From: Eubacteriales bacterium
GTDB lineage: Bacteria; Bacillota; Clostridia; Christensenellales; Aristaeellaceae
Direction of reading: 5' to 3'
NCBI GenBank assembly: GCA_031550535.1
Contig: JAVBOM010000083.1
Location: forward strand, 1,366 to 65,365
Length of the DNA: 64,000 nt
Made by a program: the position numbers and the translations under genes. The stretch's first letter is position 1; each line of letters begins with the position of its first letter. Of this stretch, positions 20,001-29,336 are shown in pieces. The notes under the pieces were generated by a model. The model ran no database searches. It worked only from the letters and a program-made list of their open reading frames with translations, and had not been told where the DNA came from.

Positions 20001-20115
20001 TGGTCCGATCCCCTAAATTAAAAAACGTGAAGGAACACGTCGAATTCTCTTTTGTCGGCAGCTCAAACGCCCACAGTTCAAGCGGGCAAGACAGATCAAC
20101 CTTCAACAGCCGCAC
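17026..20115 (-). CDS. large membrane protein: N-terminal domain + zinc ribbon + one TM + about 12 TPR-like 37-aa repeats + PT-rich tail
   Basis: 1029 aa. CVCGRVNAAEEKICKRC zinc ribbon. TM helix AIFCVTLVVGAATYLFIVLGL. Recurring G-Y-x-D-A-x5-E/C-x-Y units. C-terminal ATPTATARPKPAATPTPSAT tail. Confidence 0.7.
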   Translation of the reverse strand: MRLLKVDLSCPLELWAFELPTKENSTCSFTFFNLGDRTISSIQVTVTCFDAADSVLSRRIERPMALDAKGRETFAVAISTEGMAVEAVDLIIDKAWFEDGSEWRRAQEARLTDYQPNELPPNRKLEQLRYVAGNDAVGYPSDQRNVWICVCGRVNAAEEKICKRCLRDKKDVFARFSAGAIQKSIDQRERELEEKARIAREEASRQEFLRQEKARRKKRNRRARSAIFCVTLVVGAATYLFIVLGLPELRYQSAKSALAAGDFTDARVTFVELVDYRDAEDLVKECDLRAAKAYAASGSEDRINEALGILDLLGEAYPGVPEARTEANYQKGTALMKSGRNADAAEIFSGLRGYQDADILRETAVYDAGVQEMNASQYESAKARFASLGLYKDAAALAKECVYRPATKLMADGGYEQAVVLLSEIKGYRDTSALLLEATYQSALQAQRSGDYDKAAERFKDLGSYEDASDQMKETTYLAATAAQKSGDWTNAAELFATFKNYKDSAEQYKLCYYTPAKALMDEKKYAEAAVLFLEVPGYEDADDLYKQCLYLPAMDAMKAKDYTTAIELLEPIKKYKDSEKQLGIAHYGQADQLEKDGDLEAAIEAFEALGEYEDAAKRVNAARYALAEKAFAEGLFSQAEEAFAMLGDYEDAADRVKECEYELALMMLPKENISESEDLQAVYDKLTAIEGYTQATEKAQEVAYAMGVRFVAEEDMTSATEAFTLAGKYKDADERRKECIYARAKVLYEDLDYQQAAEMFDSIADYSDARVLRDEAYDSWLLVKATVAYDLYMMEAYDLVVVTLEDLDMDTLPRVYAKLKDYYLEANLKQARKLIGENRALEAYKYLAECKGFKTADELLSKNIYRVLGTWESEMGNVFAFFFDGSCVIDGTAMRFNMFNAYGISVGETDDTLERKYSFANGTETSLTLREDATGKSIRLTRVREAEETQSENAFAGRPVVESVTKAGEGEEAAANGMEEGTEPGEDEAAATPTATARPKPAATPTPSATQVTGASATYIPTATPKAN

Positions 20116-20231
20116 CTCCGTTAGAGGATAAATGCATACATTTTTCCGGTTATCATCATACCGGATGTGACCTTAATTGTCAAGGACTGCCACTTTTCAT
20201 CCGGAAGGGTTTGTGCTATACTTCCAACACG

Positions 20232-20293
20232 GACGGCGGCGCTGATTCGAAGAATCGGGCGCCATAAGGGGATTCCGCAGGAATCCCTACCTC
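20232..20293 (-). repeat. R63 repeat copy in a divergent intergenic region
   Basis: gacggcggcgctgattcgaagaatcgggcgccataaggggattccgcaggaatccctacctc. Confidence 0.95.
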
Positions 20294-20323
20294 ATCTCAA
20301 TATGTACATACAGTGAGGCGAAA

Positions 20324-21952
20324 ATGGTAAAGAAATTGTTCCTTGCGTTGCTCATATCGTCCTTCCTGCTGGCGGTGTCCGCGCCCGCGCTTGGCGTCAG
20401 CACCAAACCGATTCCCACTGCCGAATGGTCCTGGCTGCAAAAGCAGGTCGCCAGCGGCACAAAAGAGATAAAGCTGCCAGGCAACGTCACGCGCGAGGCG
20501 GACGAAGCCGGCCTCGAGGCGGATGCCACCGTAACCATCCTGGGCAACGGATATTCCATCACGGGCGCGCAGGTGGACCGGGGCACCGTGATCTTCCAGG
20601 ACATCACGCTTATGGGCACGCACGGCGTACGCGATGAAAACGGCGGCGCGGCGCTGACGCTGTGTGGCGAGGGCACCGTGGCGGTGCTTGCCGGCGTGGC
20701 GCGCGCCATCGGCGGCCGCAGCGGTCCGGAAGGCGAGCGCGGCGGCGACGGCGTGCTCCTGACCGGCGCCAAGCAGGGCGCTCTTCTGCGGGGCAAGGCG
20801 TACGCCCAGGGCGGCGCGGGTCACCTGTACGGCGGCGCTGGAATCCGCGTGGAAGGCTGCGCCGGCAGCGCGCTATTGACGGACACGGCGGCGTCCGTCG
20901 GCGCGATCGGCCTGGCAAACGGCGGGGCCGGCGTGGACGCGCCCGCGTGCGCGAAGGTTCAGCTTCGCGGAGGCAGCACGGCTGTCGGCGGCCCTGGGGT
21001 ATACACGGGCGGCAACGGCATCCACTCCCCCGCCTGCACGGCCTGCGAGGACCGGCAGAGCGTTGCCGTCACCGAAAAGGCGACCGTGACATCGGGCCTC
21101 GGCCAGGAGGGCGGGAGCGCCATATGGCTGGAGCGCGCCACCCCCGGCGACGCGAGCGACCTCACGCTGTCGGACGGCTGCACGCTGATTGGCGGCGCGG
21201 GCGGCACGGCCGGGTCCGCGGTGCGCGCGGTGAACGTGTCGGTTGCCTTCGCGGGTGAACCCCTGCTGTTTAGCGGCGATTACTTCGCCGAGGAAGCGCC
21301 CGTGCTGGACCTGACGGACTGCGAGACCACCGGCGACCTGGACGCGGCCACGCAAACGGAGGGCGCGAAAACCGAGAAGAACCCCGCGAGCGATACGTCC
21401 CTCATCCTGAACACGGAGCTGAGCCAGATCAGCGACCGCTACACGCCCGTGCTCGTGGAAAACGGCCTGACGACCCTGGACCTTGCGACCAAGCGGAACG
21501 GCCTGTCCGTGGAGAAGGGCAACGTATCGCGCGTGACCCTGGGCGGCGGGCTGAAGATCAACCTGTGGAACGAAACGCTGGAGAAACGGCTGGACTTCAA
21601 GCAGCACCTGAGCGACGACAGCGCGGAAGGCACGCGGCTGATCCTGGTCGCGCGGTCGTCCGAACAGTGGCTGACGCTGGAGGCGGCCGTCACTTCGCTG
21701 AACAAGCTGCTCAGCCTCGGTGTCACGCAGATCGCGTACACCAGCGCCGAGCCGGTCTACTGCGAGCGCATCCTCGATATCGCGTCACTGCTCGCGGCCA
21801 TCGAGGCGGACAAGGAAGCCACGGAGAAGAACCCCATCGACCACGTGTACCTGGGCACGGCGGATGATTGCGTGATCTTCCAGTATAAGGATGGCACGCG
21901 GGCGTACCAGGAGGAGCTGATGCAGGAAGCGCGGCGGTATCTGGAAGAGTAG
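20324..21952 (+). CDS. secreted hypothetical protein with a Gly-rich, probably beta-helical repeat region
   Basis: Signal peptide MVKKLFLALLISSFLLAVSAPALG. Many GGAG/GGxG turns between residues ~100 and ~300. Confidence 0.6.
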   Translation: MVKKLFLALLISSFLLAVSAPALGVSTKPIPTAEWSWLQKQVASGTKEIKLPGNVTREADEAGLEADATVTILGNGYSITGAQVDRGTVIFQDITLMGTHGVRDENGGAALTLCGEGTVAVLAGVARAIGGRSGPEGERGGDGVLLTGAKQGALLRGKAYAQGGAGHLYGGAGIRVEGCAGSALLTDTAASVGAIGLANGGAGVDAPACAKVQLRGGSTAVGGPGVYTGGNGIHSPACTACEDRQSVAVTEKATVTSGLGQEGGSAIWLERATPGDASDLTLSDGCTLIGGAGGTAGSAVRAVNVSVAFAGEPLLFSGDYFAEEAPVLDLTDCETTGDLDAATQTEGAKTEKNPASDTSLILNTELSQISDRYTPVLVENGLTTLDLATKRNGLSVEKGNVSRVTLGGGLKINLWNETLEKRLDFKQHLSDDSAEGTRLILVARSSEQWLTLEAAVTSLNKLLSLGVTQIAYTSAEPVYCERILDIASLLAAIEADKEATEKNPIDHVYLGTADDCVIFQYKDGTRAYQEELMQEARRYLEE

Positions 21953-22188
21953 CGCCGCCGGGCGGGCATATCGTGTCAAAAAGCGCAGCCCGCGCTTGGC
22001 CGGGGCTGTCATTCCGCGAAAAGCGGGGTGATAGCCCTTTTTGCATCAAACCAGCAATCCTTAGTATTCAATAGACGGAGCACATCCCCGTTTTTCTTCC
22101 AAAAAACGGCAAACAGAAAAACCCCGGCCCAGCCGAGGTCGATTGCCCATGGCACTTGCAGAAACCCAAAGAAAAACAGGGGGTAGCG

Positions 22189-23088
22189 TCAGCAATCCGT
22201 CGACACGCAGTTCTTTCCCTTTTGCTTGCTTTGGTACATGAGCCCATCCACGCGCGCGACGATGGCTTCCAGGGTATCCTCGCTCCGCCCCACCGTCGCG
22301 CCGAGCGACGCGGAGACGGAAAGCGCCTTCCGCCCGTGCACCACCTCGGATTTGGCGATCAGCACGCGCAGCTTCTCCGCCATCAGCGCCGCCTCATAGT
22401 CGTTGGTGATTTCAAAGACGCCGATGAACTCTTCCCCGCCCCAGCGCCCCACCATATCGGTCTTGCGCAGGTTCCGCTTGATGGTCTTGGACACGCTGAC
22501 CAGCACATTGTCCCCCGCCTGATGGCCGTACTGGTCGTTAAACGCGCTGAAATTGTCGATATCGAAAAAGACCACGCAGAACCTGCTCTCAAACCGGCGC
22601 AGCTCATGTAACCGGTATTCCAGGTATGTCTCGACCTTTCGCCGATTGGCAAGGCCGGTGAGCGCGTCGCTCATCGCGATGTTCGACAGGTTTTCAACCA
22701 GATCGTCCTCGTACACGGTCGGCGAGCTCGGCGTGAAGATTTCCACCGCACCGACGATGTTGCCTTCGTCCCGAATGGGGAAGATATTCACCCGGACCGG
22801 GATGCGGTACCCCTTCTTGTGCCGGAGCAGCACCTCGTCCGTGCGCTGGTGGCCGTCGATGATCGACGCGTAGAGCGGGCAGCCATACAGGCACAGCTGA
22901 CGCCCGTCGCGGTCGATATGATTGAGCAGGTTATCCTGGCAGCGCTGGCCGAGAATTTCGTCCGCTTTGTAGCCGGTGATGTCCTCCGCCGCGCGGTTCC
23001 AGAACGTGATGCGCCGCTCCATGTCAACAAAATACACTCCGTCGGGCAGGTTGTTGATGATCTCCAGATACAGCTTCCCGGGCTCCAT
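22189..23088 (-). CDS. PAS-sensor diguanylate cyclase (GGDEF)
   Basis: PAS-like N-terminus (PDGVYFVDMERRITFWNRAAEDITGY) and GGDEF domain with RWGGEEF. ATG 23088 follows AGGGAGGG. The longer ORF-track N-terminus is Arg-rich with no RBS. Confidence 0.85.
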   Translation of the reverse strand: MEPGKLYLEIINNLPDGVYFVDMERRITFWNRAAEDITGYKADEILGQRCQDNLLNHIDRDGRQLCLYGCPLYASIIDGHQRTDEVLLRHKKGYRIPVRVNIFPIRDEGNIVGAVEIFTPSSPTVYEDDLVENLSNIAMSDALTGLANRRKVETYLEYRLHELRRFESRFCVVFFDIDNFSAFNDQYGHQAGDNVLVSVSKTIKRNLRKTDMVGRWGGEEFIGVFEITNDYEAALMAEKLRVLIAKSEVVHGRKALSVSASLGATVGRSEDTLEAIVARVDGLMYQSKQKGKNCVSTDC

Positions 23089-23147
23089 GGCCGTCCCTCC
23101 CTTTTGTAGACGCCTTGCCAGGCTTGGCCTATCTTTTCCCCAGGACG

Positions 23148-23822
23148 CTAGCGCGCGGTCACATCGTCCCGCAGGCGGTATAGCGTCGCACCGTTGTTCC
23201 CCTCGGACGCGAGCCACCCCGCGACCTCCCGGAGCGTCCAGCGCTGGTACGCGCGCACGGACCCGTACCGAATGCCGTCCACGCGGCGGTTGGCAAAGTT
23301 GGAATCGGACCAATAGAGATACTCGGAGCGCGGATCATACGGCTGGGTGAACATCAGCGTGTGCGTGCCCCGCCCGCCGCTGTTGTACCGGCCGACCATC
23401 TGCAGCATGTCCCCCGCGCGCACATTGGTGAGGAACTCCAGCGCGACGGCAACATTCTCCCCTTCGGGCAGCGCCGCATCAAACTCAAACCGCGCGGCTT
23501 CCACAAAGGCGTTGCCCGTGGACGCGTCCGGCATGTCCCAGCAGGTGCCGGCCGGGCGGCCGCTCACCTCCTGCTTGGCGTGGTCGAGCGGGAGGTACAG
23601 CGTGACGCCCGGGTACTCCGACAGCGTGAACCCCTCGGCCGCCTTCGCGAACGAATCGGCCTGGAACCGCCTGCATTGGCCGTGATCGTTCACGTCCATG
23701 CTGCGGCTTTCCTCGTTATGCTGCGCGAGCTCCACCAGGATCGTGCGCGCGCGCAGCGTGTCGGCCGGCGTGGGCGTGAACCCCAGGGACGCGGATAGCA
23801 AAATACACAGCGCGCTTATCAT
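23148..23822 (-). CDS. hypothetical exported protein, possibly a CHAP/papain-like Cys-His hydrolase
   Basis: Hydrophobic N-terminus. GQCRRF and GTHTLMF resemble CHAP Cys and His motifs. ATGA overlap with the upstream LCP gene. Confidence 0.35.
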   Translation of the reverse strand: MISALCILLSASLGFTPTPADTLRARTILVELAQHNEESRSMDVNDHGQCRRFQADSFAKAAEGFTLSEYPGVTLYLPLDHAKQEVSGRPAGTCWDMPDASTGNAFVEAARFEFDAALPEGENVAVALEFLTNVRAGDMLQMVGRYNSGGRGTHTLMFTQPYDPRSEYLYWSDSNFANRRVDGIRYGSVRAYQRWTLREVAGWLASEGNNGATLYRLRDDVTAR

Positions 23823-25159
23823 TTTGCCGGCTTGTACTCTCCATAAATGAACTCATGCAGCGACTGAACGTTCTGCGGGCCGTTGAACTGCAGCACATTG
23901 ATTTCCTTCCCCTTGTTATCCGTCTGCATCGAGTAGTTATAGCTCCCGGCGATGGGCAGCGATGTCTCCGTGATGGTGATGTCGTCCGCCAGCAGCAACA
24001 TGCCACCGATTTCCATCACCTTGGTGACGACCAGGTTCGTCTCGGTCGTCCGGCTCATGCTGTTGAACAGGTTCAGCAGCGTGGGCAGCGTGGCGTTCTG
24101 CATCACCTTGTCCAGCATCGCCTGCAGCAAAATGCGCTGCCGGCTGCTGCGCTGCAGGTCGTTGTCAATCTTGCGGATGCGCGCGTAGCCAACGCCCTGC
24201 AAACCGTCCAGGTGGACGACCTTCTCCGTGTCGTCCGCCGTCAGCGCGCGGCGCGTGGAGCTCTTGGCAAAACCCTCGTAATCCTCGCTCACCGCGACGT
24301 TCTCGTTGATCTGCTTGTACTCCTCGCCCACCAGCGGGATGTCCACGCCGCCCAGCGAGTCGATGATCGCGGCCATGGTATTGAAGTTGACCAGCACGTA
24401 ATACTCGATGTTCGTCTCAAAGTTATGGTTCACCGTCTTCATCGCCAGGTTCGCCCCGCCGTAGGCAAAGGCGGCGTTGAGCCGGTTGGACGTCGGCACG
24501 CCCGGAATGGGCACATACATGTCGCGCGCCAGGGACGACAGCTTCACTTCGCCCGTCTTGGCGTTGACGGAGGCGATGATCATCACGTCCGTGCGGCCGT
24601 TGCTGACCGTAAGGTCGCGGCTGTCCGTCGCCAGCAGGAGCACGTTGAACCAGTCGGCGGGCAGGCTCTTGTTCACGGCCAGGTCGGTCTTGGCGACGGT
24701 GATCTGGTCCTCTTTGGCGATGTCCGTCTCCCGCTCCCCGGCCTCGATATCGTCCAGGAGCGCGTCCAGGTCCGCGCCCGCGGTGGGGGTTCCGGTTTCC
24801 GGCGCGGCGTCCCCGGCGGCAGCCGTTTCTGCGGGCGCAGCCTCCGCGCGCGCGGACGGGAACAGCCAGTCCAGCACGCGCGCAGCGGGGCTTTGCGTCG
24901 CGCCGCTCTCCGGCGTCTGTGTGGCGTCCGCCTCCGCCTGCTCGGCTTCCTTCGCCGCCGCCTGCGCGGCCTTGAACTGTTCGATTGTCTGGATTTCCAA
25001 CGGCTTCGTGTCCGACAGGGCGACCGCCCACTCCACGGGCTTGAACAGCCCGATCATGTAGAGCGCCACGACGCTAAGTAGCAGCATGGCAAAAACGATG
25101 AGCAATGTCAGGTGCGCGGCGAGCCGGTCGCGCGCTGTATAGCGGCCTTTCATCGACAT
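23819..25159 (-). CDS. LCP (LytR-CpsA-Psr) family cell-envelope phosphotransferase
   Basis: N-terminal TM helix. LLLATDSRD, RTDVMIIASVN, SLARDMYVPIPG and FNTMAAIIDSLGGVD motifs. Confidence 0.85.
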   Translation of the reverse strand: MSMKGRYTARDRLAAHLTLLIVFAMLLLSVVALYMIGLFKPVEWAVALSDTKPLEIQTIEQFKAAQAAAKEAEQAEADATQTPESGATQSPAARVLDWLFPSARAEAAPAETAAAGDAAPETGTPTAGADLDALLDDIEAGERETDIAKEDQITVAKTDLAVNKSLPADWFNVLLLATDSRDLTVSNGRTDVMIIASVNAKTGEVKLSSLARDMYVPIPGVPTSNRLNAAFAYGGANLAMKTVNHNFETNIEYYVLVNFNTMAAIIDSLGGVDIPLVGEEYKQINENVAVSEDYEGFAKSSTRRALTADDTEKVVHLDGLQGVGYARIRKIDNDLQRSSRQRILLQAMLDKVMQNATLPTLLNLFNSMSRTTETNLVVTKVMEIGGMLLLADDITITETSLPIAGSYNYSMQTDNKGKEINVLQFNGPQNVQSLHEFIYGEYKPAK

Positions 25160-25324
25160 AGCGATTGTTTCCTTTCCGTGCGTACAGTAATATTGGGATG
25201 GATGGCCCTATCATACACCAATAGAAGGGTTGCTGACAAGCATCGACATGAATCGACACGCAACAAAAAAACGAGGGACGGCGTTCGCCATCCCCCTATC
25301 CGAAGAGAAAACGCTCGCTTCCGC

Positions 25325-27151
25325 CTATTTCTTCCCGTACAGCGGCCCGAAATTCGCGCACGCCCGGAAATCCGCGCCCTCCGGGTCCTTGGTGCCGAAC
25401 GCGGCCCACGCGCTCGGGCGGAAAATGTTCTCCTCCGGCACGTTGTGCATGCAGACCGGGATGCGCAGCATCGCCGCCAGCGTAATCAGCTCCGCGCCGA
25501 TGTGGCCGTAGCTGAACGCGCCGTGGTTCGCGCCCCAGTTCGCCATCACGGTGTACACATCGCGGAACGCCGGATCATCCGTCAGGCGCGGCACAAACCA
25601 CGTCGTGGGCCAGGTCGGGTCCGTGCGCTTTTCCAGGATGTCGTTCACTTCCCCCGGCAGCTCCACCGTCGCACCCTCGGCGATCTGCAGCACCGGGCCG
25701 AGCCCCTCGACCAGGTTCAGCCGCGCCATCGTCATCGGCATACCGCCGCGCGTGCGCAGGTGCGAAGAATACCCGCCGCCCCGGAAGTAGCCCAGGTCGC
25801 CGTAGCTGTAGTCCGTGGCGTCCAGCGTTTTGCCGCACTCCTCGCCCGTCAGCGTCCACCAGGGCTTCATGCCCGGCTCCCCGTTCACCTCGACCTGCCC
25901 CGCCGCCTCCAGCGTTACCGCGCCGGAGTTAATCAGATGGATGAAGCCGTTCGCCGCGCCGCCCACGGGCTTCCAGCCGCTGACGCGCTCCACCGCCTCG
26001 GGGCTCCAGTACGTGCGCACGTCCGCGAAACCCTGCGCCAGGTTCGTCAGGAGCTTGCCCATCAGCATCGTGAGGCCGTTTAAGTGGTCGTTCTCCGTGG
26101 CGACGACGTACGGCTCACGGATCCCGTTCCAGTCAAAGGACGTGCACAGGAGGCTCTCCAGGAAATCGGCGTTCGGGAAGTGATCCGTCCACTGCCGCTG
26201 CCCCTGGAAGCCAGCGGCAATCGCGTTGTGCCCGCAGGATTCCTCCACAAAGCCCATCTCGGCGAGTTTCGGGTTGCCGATCATCAGGTCGCGCGCGATC
26301 AGGTACATCTTGATGTTGGTTTCCAGCACCTCGCGCTTCTTTTCCGGGCTGTGCCGCTTCGCGGGCTCATTCTTGTCCCAGTCCGCGAATGTCACGTTCT
26401 GGTCCACCCATTTCAGTGCCAGCGCGAACTCATCCTTGTCGTAGATGCCCTCTTCCCAGCGGCGGACGAACTCCGACAGGTCCACGCTCTCCGACCGCAG
26501 GCCGAACGTCTTTTCCAGCAGCGCGGGATTCACCATCGACCCCGCGATGCCCATCGACGTGCCGCCCATGGACAGGTAGGACTGGCCGCGCATCGTCGCG
26601 ACGGCGAGGCCCGCCTTGGCGAACAGCAGCAGCTTCTCCTGGCAGTCGGCGGGGATGTTCGTGTCGCCGATGTCCAGCACATCATGGCCGTAGATGCCGA
26701 AGGCCGGCAGACCCTTCTGGTTGTGCGCGGCGAGCACGGCGGCCAGATACACCGCGCCGGGACGCTCCGTACCGTTGAAGCCGTAGATCGCCTTGAGCGT
26801 CAGCGGGTCCATGTCCATGGTTTCCGACCCGTAGCACCAGCACGGCGTCACGGAGATGGTCAGGCCCACGTTCTCCCGGCGGAACAGATCAGCGCACGCG
26901 GCCGCCTCGGCCACGCCGCCGATGCACGTCTCGGCGATGACGCATTCAGCCGGCAGACCGCAGCTATGGTACACGTTCTTCGTCAGGAACGCGGCGATCG
27001 CCTTGGCAAGGTTCATCGTCGGCTCTTCCAGCGACTCGCGGACGCCGTTGCGCCGTCCGTCGATGCACGGGCGGATGCCGATCTTCGGCAGCGTGCCGAG
27101 CAGTCGGTTCTTCGGGCTGGTCATCGGAAAGGCTTTGGGGTCGGCTTTCAT
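25325..27151 (-). CDS. fucI: L-fucose isomerase
   Basis: [30 protein letters not shown] matches the FucI N-terminus, and the length is about 608 aa. ATG 27151 follows GGAGGGA. Confidence 0.9.
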   Translation of the reverse strand: MKADPKAFPMTSPKNRLLGTLPKIGIRPCIDGRRNGVRESLEEPTMNLAKAIAAFLTKNVYHSCGLPAECVIAETCIGGVAEAAACADLFRRENVGLTISVTPCWCYGSETMDMDPLTLKAIYGFNGTERPGAVYLAAVLAAHNQKGLPAFGIYGHDVLDIGDTNIPADCQEKLLLFAKAGLAVATMRGQSYLSMGGTSMGIAGSMVNPALLEKTFGLRSESVDLSEFVRRWEEGIYDKDEFALALKWVDQNVTFADWDKNEPAKRHSPEKKREVLETNIKMYLIARDLMIGNPKLAEMGFVEESCGHNAIAAGFQGQRQWTDHFPNADFLESLLCTSFDWNGIREPYVVATENDHLNGLTMLMGKLLTNLAQGFADVRTYWSPEAVERVSGWKPVGGAANGFIHLINSGAVTLEAAGQVEVNGEPGMKPWWTLTGEECGKTLDATDYSYGDLGYFRGGGYSSHLRTRGGMPMTMARLNLVEGLGPVLQIAEGATVELPGEVNDILEKRTDPTWPTTWFVPRLTDDPAFRDVYTVMANWGANHGAFSYGHIGAELITLAAMLRIPVCMHNVPEENIFRPSAWAAFGTKDPEGADFRACANFGPLYGKK

Positions 27152-27208
27152 CGTGGGTGTCCCTCCTGTACTTTTTGTATAATTGTAACGTGTTGTTTCG
27201 CTACCGAC

Positions 27209-27238
27209 ATTATACAGGCGAGAACCGCGTGAATGCAA
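27209..27238 (-). promoter_or_regulatory. candidate sigma-A promoter of fucI
   Basis: Minus strand reads TTGCAT-N18-TATAAT. Confidence 0.4.
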
Positions 27239-27279
27239 GCCGCCGCGCCGTATATCGGGCGGCATTTACAAAAACTTTA

Positions 27280-27308
27280 TTGACAATATTACTACATAGT
27301 AATATACT
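27280..27308 (+). promoter_or_regulatory. marR-family gene promoter with an embedded 20-bp palindromic operator
   Basis: TTGACA (27280-27285)-N17-TATACT (27303-27308). The palindrome ATATTACTA-CA-TAGTAATAT at 27286-27305 fills the spacer. Confidence 0.6.
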
Positions 27309-27331
27309 GCATAAAAACGAGGTGACGCGCG

Positions 27332-27763
27332 ATGAAAACTTCCGGCGGTTTCTTGATTTCGCAGATTAAGCAGCTTGGCGGGCGGTCATTTGAAAAAATC
27401 CTCCGCGACACCGGCATCGATGCCTTCAACGGGCCGCAGGGGCGCATTCTGTATGTGCTATGGGAAAACCAGAGCCCCACCATTTCGCAAATTGGGAAAC
27501 AGACTTCCTTGGCCAACAGCACCCTGACCAGCATGCTGGACCGGATGGAAGCAGGCGGCCTCATCACGCGAAAACCCGATCCGCACAACCGCAGGCAGAT
27601 CATCGTCAGCATCACCGAAAAGGCGGAGGCGCTGCGCGACGCTTATGACCGGGTATCGGACGAGGCGAACGAAATCTTCTACGACGGCTTTACCGAGGAG
27701 GAAATCACTTCGTTTGAGGATACGCTCCGGCGCATCGTCCGCAATTTAGAGAGGGGGATTTGA
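27332..27763 (+). CDS. MarR family transcriptional regulator
   Basis: 143 aa. Winged-helix segment ISQIGKQTSLANSTLTSMLDRMEAGGLITRKPDPHNRR. Confidence 0.85.
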   Translation: MKTSGGFLISQIKQLGGRSFEKILRDTGIDAFNGPQGRILYVLWENQSPTISQIGKQTSLANSTLTSMLDRMEAGGLITRKPDPHNRRQIIVSITEKAEALRDAYDRVSDEANEIFYDGFTEEEITSFEDTLRRIVRNLERGI

Positions 27764-27765
27764 CC

Positions 27766-28542
27766 ATGGATACGCTGCACGTCATCCGTTCCCTGCGCAG
27801 CGCGCACTGGGATTTCAGCGACCGAAAGGTTTCCAGGGAGGACATTGACACCATCATCGCGCACAGCCTTTGCGCCGCCAACAACAGCAACCGGACGGAC
27901 ATCTCCGTCGTCGTCGTGGATGATCCCGAAACGCTGAATACCGTCTCCGGCGGCGATTCGGGCGGGAAATCCGTGCCAACACTGTTTTATTTGCTGGACC
28001 ACACGCGGCTGATTCACTGCGCTCAGGCGCTTGGGTATCCTGATTTTTTGCCGAAGATCAGGCTGTATCATTTTCTGTTTGGCATGTACGATGTTTGCGC
28101 CGCCGCGCAGACGGCCGCCATCGCGGCCAAGGCGATGGGCATCGATTCGCTTGTTACGAACTTTGCCCACCGCAGCAACCCGGACGAAATCAAAAAGCTG
28201 CTGAACCTGCCCGAAGCCCACTGCTTTCCGGCCATTCAGGTGGCCCTTGGCTATCCGGCCGAGGAGAAGCCCCAGGAGCCCCGGGAAATCTCCACCAGCC
28301 GCTTCGTCCACTACGGCAAGTACCGCGCGCCGGATCAGGAGGACGTCCAGGCGATCGTGCGCGATATGGATACTTCCTACCCGCAGTTCACGAGCGAAAA
28401 GTACCCGCACGCGATCGACTGGTTCTTTAATGAGTGGTGGGTGGAATGGTACGACGAAGCCATGTACCGGCGCCTCGCGGACGCTTTCGCGGCGTCAAAG
28501 GTTCTGAGTGAGCCTTCGCTTATGAATACGGAAGGCCACTAA
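27766..28542 (+). CDS. nitroreductase-family protein
   Basis: Start context (IRSLRSAHWDFSDRKVSREDIDTII) is typical of the nitroreductase fold. ATG 27766 follows GAGGGGGA and overlaps the marR stop region. Confidence 0.6.
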   Translation: MDTLHVIRSLRSAHWDFSDRKVSREDIDTIIAHSLCAANNSNRTDISVVVVDDPETLNTVSGGDSGGKSVPTLFYLLDHTRLIHCAQALGYPDFLPKIRLYHFLFGMYDVCAAAQTAAIAAKAMGIDSLVTNFAHRSNPDEIKKLLNLPEAHCFPAIQVALGYPAEEKPQEPREISTSRFVHYGKYRAPDQEDVQAIVRDMDTSYPQFTSEKYPHAIDWFFNEWWVEWYDEAMYRRLADAFAASKVLSEPSLMNTEGH

Positions 28543-29336
28543 TTCGCCAACATCACCCGGTCGCTGTCCATCGTCTGCCCACTCGCCTGCTCGAACAGCG
28601 ACAGCAGGTCGTCCACGGCCAGTTGCCGCTTCCTTTCGCCCTGGACATCCACGACGACGCGCCCCTCGTGCATCATCAGTAGGCGGTTGCCGTACGCCAG
28701 TGCGTGCTTCATGTTGTGCGTCACCATCAGCGCGGTCAGCTTTTCCTCCCGGATGATGGTGTCGCTCAGGCGCAGCACCGTCTCGGCGGTCTTGGGGTCC
28801 AGCGCGGCGGTATGCTCGTCCAGCAGCAGCAGGCCCGGCCTTTGCAGCGTGGCCATCAGCAGCGTCAGCGCCTGCCGCTGCCCGCCGGACAGCAGCCCCA
28901 CCTTGCCGCGCATACGGGTCTCCAGTCCCAGGTTCAGTTCGCCAAGCAGCGCCTCATACCGCGCGTGCTCCGGCCCCGTCACGCCCCAGCGGACCGTGCG
29001 CCGCTTGCCGCGCCGGAGCGCCAGCGCCAGGTTTTCCTCGATGGTCATGTCGGCGGCGGTGCCCATCATCGGGTCCTGGAACACGCGGCCCAGGTACTTG
29101 GCGCGCCTGTGCTCGCCGAGCTTCGTCACGTTCACCCCGCCGATCCACACGCTCCCCTGGTCCGGCGCGAACACGCCCGCCACGCAGTTCAGCAGCGTGG
29201 ACTTGCCCGCGCCGTTGCCGCCGATCACCGTGACGAAATCGCCTTCTTCGATGGACAGCGTCACGTGGTCCAGCGCCGTCTTGGCGTTGACGGTGCCGCG
29301 CAGGAACACCTTGGTCACGTCCGTCATGTTAAGCAT
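28539..29336 (-). CDS. ABC transporter ATP-binding protein
   Basis: Walker A GGNGAGKST, signature LSGGQRQ, Walker B LLLLDEHTAALD. Confidence 0.9.
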   Translation of the reverse strand: MLNMTDVTKVFLRGTVNAKTALDHVTLSIEEGDFVTVIGGNGAGKSTLLNCVAGVFAPDQGSVWIGGVNVTKLGEHRRAKYLGRVFQDPMMGTAADMTIEENLALALRRGKRRTVRWGVTGPEHARYEALLGELNLGLETRMRGKVGLLSGGQRQALTLLMATLQRPGLLLLDEHTAALDPKTAETVLRLSDTIIREEKLTALMVTHNMKHALAYGNRLLMMHEGRVVVDVQGERKRQLAVDDLLSLFEQASGQTMDSDRVMLAN

